From positions 8,308,001 through 8,372,000 of the forward strand of contig CM022669.1 of the NCBI GenBank assembly GCA_012295275.1: 64,000 nt of DNA, in the 5' to 3' direction. Under the pieces are notes generated by a model. That model did not search any database, was not told the origin of the DNA, and worked only from the letters and a program-made list of their open reading frames with translations. Below are positions 56,311 through 64,000 of the stretch, in pieces; within the stretch, counting starts at the first letter, position 1; every line of letters starts with the position of its first letter. This stretch comes from Chrysomallon squamiferum (taxonomy: Eukaryota; Animalia; Mollusca). The translations under genes and the position numbers were made by a program.

Positions 56311-57475
56311 TATATCTATATATATATATATATCTTATGTGTGTGTGTGAATAAAAGAATTAATTATAAGAACAACTGTTTAATACACTTGAAATATTCT
56401 TCATTAGAACATTCTTGATTAGAAATACAAAACCTATAGCTCTCCGTTCAACATTTACTGTATTAAACAGAAAAATAACACACACCTCACTAAACTGCAA
56501 CACTTCAGTCTTCATTATAATGCATATACAGACTTTATTAAATGTAAACTTCATTAAAATGATTTTAATAGAAACTACACTTCATTAAAAAAAAAAAAAA
56601 TTCATTAATAATAAACAAACAAACAATCCAAAATACAAAAAAAAATAATAATAAAAAAAATCCCACCTACAAACAAAAAAAAGACATAAATAATTTGACG
56701 GTGTGTCCATGCTAACCACGTCGTCGTGCTGAATAAAGAAGGATTAACAACGTCGTAACGAGATTCCTATGTCCGTGTAACTACAACATCTCTCGAGTCA
56801 CATCATCATCACTAAAGCGCATAAGCGAAAACATCATCATCATTAAACACGTTGTGCGTTTTCTCCGCAACAACACAGTTTGTTTAACAAGTGTGAACAC
56901 TCATTTCTGTGTTCGTTAGATCTGAAAACACGTCGTCAGCGACTTCATCATCCACAACAACGTCTACATCTACGTTATGTAATGAAAATATGGAGAAAAA
57001 TTCGAAGGCAATTAAAAATAAAAATAAAAATAAAAATTTTAAAAGAAAGAAGAAGAAGAAAAGAAAAAAAAAGAAGAGAGAAAGAAAGAAATACACATTT
57101 TTTGTTTGGTATTTTTGTTTTTTAATTTCACTCCACTCTCAAGCAGTCCGTAAGACTAAATTAAGCAAGACAAACACAGTAATTTTTAGGTTACTCAAAC
57201 TACAATTATTATTTTGGATGAAGTGAAAAAGCATTCATTGTTATTTAATTCCGTGTCGTATTCAAAAGCAAAGCATAGATCTAAGTTAAGAAAGAAAAAA
57301 ACAGAGCAGATGTTTGGATTAATTCAACAGAAAATAGTTTACAGACCAATTTAAATATACCGAGAATCATTACCTGATCGTGGTAAGTTAGACTTCATAA
57401 TCCAGCGATTCACAGATTTAATTAAGCAGGAAAATAAATAGAAAATTACTTATATTACTCATAATACAAAATTAG

Positions 57476-57520
<45 letters not shown>

Positions 57521-58470
57521 AGTATTGAAAATCGTACAAGAGAGAAAACGATTATTTACATTCTTATGTTACTTAAATTTAAATTTTGTTTTATATTAAA
57601 TACAATCATAATTTGTACTAATTTCATTTTATAGATCATCAGTTGTGTATAGCTTACATTAACCAAGTACAGACGAAATTCATACTTCAGCTGCATACAG
57701 TTACACATTTTGACTGCAGTAGATTCACATAAACCTAAAGTCACACCTACTGTAAAATAAATAAGAAAAAAAAAAATCTTCAGCTGACTGTGGTTCATGC
57801 TGAGATTATTGAAATGAAAGTAACTGCACGACTGGGTGCATGTTAAGCCATTACAAGTAACGAATGCGTATCAAGACATGCATAAACAATTTGATTAAGC
57901 TTCGTATCTGTAAAACTGGATATGTCTAAATGATGAAGCACAAGTAAGGAGAGCCTTTCAGTCTAAATAAAAATAATATCAAAGTTGAGTTAACTTTCAG
58001 AAACAAAGCAAAGACTTAATGTCAGTTACACTTGAATTAACGTAACTTTTTTTTTTTTATCGGTTATATTACATTTATTAAAACGAAAAAAAAAAAGTAA
58101 AAAAAACAAAAAAAAAAAAAAAAATAGAGAATAAAAATAGAGAATTATACCGTAAGAATTGAAATAAAAAAATATTGACTTGGTTGAGTTTTGTGTTCCA
58201 GTGACATATGCCACATGACGAACGTCACGTACTGTGTGACACTGTTATACATGAACTGTTTCAGTTTGATGATACAATGTCTACCGTATTTAATCGTGTA
58301 GATGTAACGTTCCTGTATCTGTCACACTGCAAGTATCGCCTCGAAAACTGGTAGAAAATTAACGTAATTAAATATATTCCCTTAATCAAATATGGTTTTT
58401 CACTTTATTATTTATATATAAATTAAAATATAAGATATTTATTTACAAACAATTTTTTTTTAATTAATTA

Positions 58471-58536
<66 letters not shown>

Positions 58537-58833
58537 TACTTATTTATCATTTACAGAGGTTAAATAGCGTTTTATAAAATAGTTACTTCATGATGAGTAA
58601 ATACGGTAAAGAAATAATTAAAAAATCATTGACATTCAGTGTTTTATACTTGAAGTCTTTATTTAAAAAAATTATCTTGGATGATTTAATCTTTCCCTGC
58701 ACACGTTAAACGAACCTAATAAAACATACACGAGATGCGCTAATCTGGCTTTTCTCTATGTAACAATGAAAAATCTAAATTAAGATAAAAAAAATATATA
58801 ATAATAATAATAATTTTTTTTTTAAAAAAATTA

Positions 58834-58869
<36 letters not shown>

Positions 58870-58883
58870 TGTATGTATGTATG

Positions 58884-58916
<33 letters not shown>

Positions 58917-59007
58917 TTATGTATGTATATATGTATGTATGTATGTATGTATATATGCATGTATAAACGTATGTATGAATAATAATAATAATAATAGTAA
59001 TAGTAAC

Positions 59008-59048
<41 letters not shown>

Positions 59049-59794
59049 TAACCAACCCAAAATCTTTATAAAAGAAAAGAAAAGAAAAGAAAAAACCCGA
59101 GAGTTACATGAAAGCTATTTGTCTTCTTCTTTCCATCAAAAATCTGAAATAAAAATAAAATAAAAATAAAAAAACAATTAGGAAAAAAAAAATTTCACTC
59201 TTGGCTAATTCCAATTCAGAAGACGAAGAAGTAGAAAAAAAAAAATCCTTTTGTTCTAAACTGGCATCTGCTTCATTTTCACTTTCTGAGTGAAGCTAAA
59301 CGAAGCAATGAAAATGTAATGATTATTCAGTGTAAATGTTTTTGTTTTCATTTTAAACAGTTTATCTAGATGTGAAGCGAGTGTGTTGGAATGTTTTATT
59401 AATTAAACCATTTTGGATGACTTGATCTCTGCGGAAGTCATCTTAGCCATAATTATTTTCTTTGTGAAAATATAATGAATAAATAATAATGGTAATAACA
59501 ATCAGAAGTTAAAATAAGTATCAACTGCTGACTACTCAATTTTAGGTTGTTGTTTATTTTCCTAGGTTAGTTCGTTTTGTTTTTTGTTCTTGTATATCCG
59601 ATGCAGATTCAGGAATGTTACGTATATACACGATTAAATACGGTAGGTTTATACGCCGTGTTTCTATAAAACTGAACGAGTTCGTGTTTAACATGCTGTG
59701 ACATTCGTTTATTTGTTATGTCAGATCAGCTAACTGTTTTGAACACAATATCATATATTTTTAAGATTTATTTTAAAAGTATATCCTTTATATA

Positions 59795-59826
<32 letters not shown>

Positions 59827-61771
59827 AGAGAAAAACAGAGAAAAACGAGATACAGGAAGAGTTAAAAAGATGCTGTTTGTTTCTTCTATCTATGATTAAC
59901 ATGCCCACTTATTTGTCTGTCCTTCCATCTGTCTTTCTTACTTTTTATCTGTCTGCCTGTCTCTGTACCTTCCTACCTACATATCTTCCTATCCATCCAT
60001 CCATCCATCATTTATCCTTCTATCTATCTATCCATGTATCTATATCTATCTATCTATCCATCAATCCATTAACTATATATCTACTGATTAATTCGTTATT
60101 TAGCTGTGTGTACGTATATAAATATACATATAGTAGATTATACATAACGGAGGCTGATTTGTTTGACTAGTTTTGTGTGCTCTGCTAAATTTGACACCAG
60201 TGTATTTACATCAGTTGACAAGACAACGTGCAAGAAAAATATTTTAAATGTTTCAGTGGAAGATAGCAGGATTTTAATTGTGCTGTGTTTGTTCTTGACA
60301 AACCGAGGAATGTAAGTGTTAGTGTGATGTAAACATTTGTTGTTTAATTAGATCTAGTTCAGTGTCTTTGGCATGAGAGAACAAAAAATGAAAGAAAAGA
60401 AAGAAAGAAAAAAGAAAAAAAGAAAAGAAAAGAAGATAGATAAACGAAAAAAAAAAAAAAAAAAAAAAGAAGAAAGAATTTATCTCAGGCTAGAAATATG
60501 AAAAATCTAAATTATAATAACAACAATAACAACCTCAACAACAATAGTATGATAATAAAGAATAAAGAAATATATCAATAATAATAATTGAAAACAATAA
60601 TAAGGAATAATAAACAATTTGTCGCATTTCACTGTTTCTCCACATCATCAAACATCTGTTTGGTCATTTTTTTTACAAACAAATGTTTGATGATTACAGA
60701 AATGGATTTAATTACATAAAACTAATTAGTAGGCAAGAAGATGCACACCTGTGTACACCTGTTAATATACCTGTGATTAGACACCTGTAATTAAAAACCT
60801 GATACTACAAACGTGTTGTGATCACACCTGTATAATATGTTAATTAACTCTTCACACGACAGAGAAGATAACTTTTATTTCAATATTGTCAGTAATGCAG
60901 GTGCTTCTTGATAAATCTTTCTGTCTGTCTGTCTGTCTATTTCATAGCTTCAGTATATGATTTGGATTAATATTATTTTTGTCATATTATTGTCATCAGC
61001 GGTTTGGTTTTTATTTTGTTGTTGTTGTAATTATTACTGTTGTTGTTATTGTTATTATTATTATTATTATTATTATTAGTAGTAGTAGTAGTAGTAGTAG
61101 TAGTAGCAGTAGTAGCAGTAGTAGTAGAAGTAGTAGTAGTTGTAGTAGTTGCAGTAGTATTGCTATATTTGTTGTAATTGTTCTTGTTGTTACTGTTTTT
61201 CTTCTTCTTCTTCTTATTATTGCTGTGCTATTTCAATTATCTAATTATAATAATAATCATCATCATGTTTATATCTGTTTTTTATCATTATCATAATTAC
61301 ATATTTCTATTTTTAATTATTACTGTTTTAAATTTCTGTCTACAGATAATGTATAGAAAAATTCCAAAAATTGTTTTGCTAACAGTAAAAGAAATTTGTC
61401 ACACTTTCTAGTTCAGAAGTTATTATTATTATTTTTTTTTTCATTTTACAAACTTCCAATTTGGAAGAAAATTCCAGAGTGTTAAACAAATAACAGTTTT
61501 TATTTATTTTGTGTCAGAGTTGTAAATATTTAAACAGAAAGAGCCAGAAAGAAAAGAAAAATTTTTTAAAGAATAAAAGAAAAATGTTAATGAATAGAAA
61601 GAAAGAAAAAAAGAGCAAAGTGAAAAATAGTGAGAAAGAAAAACAGTAAAAAAAAAAAATAGCAAAAAATAGAAGAAGAAAATTGAAACTAAAAACACAC
61701 ACACACACGCACGCACACACACACACACACACACACACTCATGCACACACGTCCACAGACATATGATGATG

Positions 61772-61820
<49 letters not shown>

Positions 61821-62039
61821 CAACAACAATAATAACGTTGACATGATGGTAATAATAATAATGATGATGATGATTATAACAATGACACCTCAAAGGGAAT
61901 CCAGTCACATCATTGTATCAGTCAGTACTACAACTACTACTTCTTCTTCTTCTACTACTACTACTACTACTAATAATAATAATAACAATAAGAGTTCTTT
62001 TACACACGAAACTCTACACGACAAATTTTGAAGAAAAAA

Positions 62040-62083
62040 AAGTCTTGGAGCACTGGTTTGAATTGGAAACACAGCAGAATGGG
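62040..62083 (-). mobile_element. Short fragment of the same SINE family
   Basis: agtcttggagcactggtttgaattggaaacacagcagaatggg resembles the recalled SINE body. Similar remnants lie at about 1700-1745, 25369-25388, 45880-45945 and (opposite orientation) 53163-53190. Confidence 0.4.
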
Positions 62084-62391
62084 ATTATATGTAGATATCA
62101 AGTCTGTACTTTAGTTCAAAGAAAGAAAGAAAAAAGCAGACAATAATTTAAATTCTTTAAACAGAAAACGGGCAAAAGAAGTGAAAGAAGTAAAACGAGA
62201 ACAAAAAAATGAAGTAAAAAAAAATGAAGGAAAAACAGAAAAGTAATGAGTTAATCACAAGTAGTTTGTGCCCGAAGCATTTAAAATAATCTCTTGTTGA
62301 ATTATTTACTAGTTTATTTTTTTTACTCGTTTATAAGACAATGATTTGATTTTTCTTGTCTGGAATAACTCACCTACATACTTGTTAGTTA

Positions 62392-62855
62392 AACACACAC
62401 ACACACACACCTATATACACATACAGTTAAACACACACACACACACACATATATATATACACATAAACACATACATACATGAATAAATACAATCAGACAC
62501 ATATAAACAGACACATAAATACACACAAACATACACATACACACATAAAAACACACTCACATACACACGCACACACATATATACATGAATAAATACAGAC
62601 ACATATAAACAGACACATAAATACACACATACACATACCCACATAAAAACACCCACACAAAAACACATACACATATACATGAATAAATACAAACAGACAC
62701 ACATAAATGTATCTTTTATACATTTAAAATATACATTTCTGAGACAAATACACATACATACACATATAAACACAACACATACATAAACACACAGACACAA
62801 ATACATGCAGAAAGCCACACACAGACAAACTGACAGATAGACACACACACACACA
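62392..62855. repeat. Degenerate (CA)-rich low-complexity block with internal duplications
   Basis: catgaataaatac occurs three times; gacacatataaacagacacataaatacaca occurs twice. Confidence 0.9.
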
Positions 62856-63660
62856 GAAAGAAGTATAAATGAAAAGAAAAAAGGTTCTTACGAGTGCCAG
62901 TTTCATTTTTCTAAAAAAAAACAGCCTGCGAGTTTATTAAAATTAAAATGTTTTGAAATCTCATTAAACAAAAGTATACATCTGTATTCATTAACTCTCA
63001 TATACCAGCATATTTAACATCCTCTGTTAAAACATATGCATAAACTGTCAGGTACAGATTCATGAATATTTATAAGCTCTGTACAGAAAATCTTTAGAAC
63101 ATATTTATCTTGAGAGATAAGGAATAAAATTAGAATAGCTTTCTTTTTTCTTTTTTTTTTGATATAAAATTGTTTACAATTTGTGAGCGACAAATATAAT
63201 TGTGTCTTGCATGTAAAAATGATATAAAAAAAATATTTTCACTGATCACAGAGTAGGGAGTTGTGTTGACTCAGATCTACACCCTGGATCTGCCAGTGTA
63301 GACTGATTTCAGTAGATAATTAAGAGTGATAGAAAACACATGGCTGCAGAATCACTGGGTGATCAGAGCAGTAGGTGAAAATCTGAGATAAAATTAATGA
63401 TTTTAATTATCTAATAAGAAAGCAAAATAATTAAAAACATTGAGGTATGGTTTATGTCAGGCTGACTGTGATAAATAGTGGTCTCAGTAGAGAAGGTGGG
63501 AAAATAACGTTTTTTTGTTGTTGTTTTTTGTAAAATATACAAAAAAAAAGAAGAAGAAAAATCATAAAATAAAACTAATCTCTGTGTTAAAGAACGACTG
63601 TTAAAAACAGAAAACGTACAAAACCTTTCAACTGATAATTTAGTTCAATTGCAACCTCTT

Positions 63661-63756
63661 GGATCAGTTGATGATATGGATCAAATGACGTTATGGATCA
63701 AATGACGTTATGGATCAGTTGATGTTTTAGATGAGCTGATGATACGGATCAGTCGG
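63661..63756. repeat. 17-bp tandem repeat x about 5.5
   Basis: ggatcagttgatgatat / ggatcaaatgacgttat units. Confidence 0.85.
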
Positions 63757-64000
63757 TACTGAAACGTGCTGAAGGTTGTACATTATTTATAATATGAATG
63801 TTTTATTTACAGCCCGCTTCCTTCTGGAATCCTACATATTTTAATAATAGAAAACTAGATCATATTGTATCAGTTGTGACTTTGAGGTGAGGAACTGGGG
63901 TGGATCCATTTTTGAATACTTGAATATTAAAAACAAACACTGCATGGCTAATTGTTTTTTTGACAGATATATAAACGTGATGAGAATATGTACAAATTGA

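Noticed and set aside
63049-63298. Possible MITE ending in CCCTGGATCTGCCAGTG
   Set aside because: The right end resembles a common TIR, but the putative left end is too degenerate and no TSD can be shown.

Overview
AT-rich, microsatellite-dense eukaryotic (animal) genomic DNA, not prokaryotic. It is probably molluscan/gastropod, inferred from a tRNA-derived SINE resembling a gastropod family recalled from memory. Almost all ORFs in the supplied track are microsatellite artefacts. One protein-coding gene can be reconstructed by hand on the + strand: 12 coding exons spanning 17092-27825, all introns GT-AG with matching phases. It encodes a type-I membrane protein of about 876-889 aa: signal peptide, FAMeT-like (Methyltransf_FA-type) domain, 5 cadherin repeats, Ser/Thr mucin-like stalk, TM helix and a short tail without a recognisable catenin-binding motif. 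As assembled, one exon has a 1-nt frameshift near 21770 that gives a premature TGA at 21785-21787. Also present are the likely 3' end of an upstream gene (1-3050), a decayed SINE and fragments, a candidate MITE, several minisatellites, and about 36 kb with no detectable coding exons but several CpG-rich, enhancer- or promoter-like patches. No rRNA, tRNA, CRISPR or recognisable miRNA was found.
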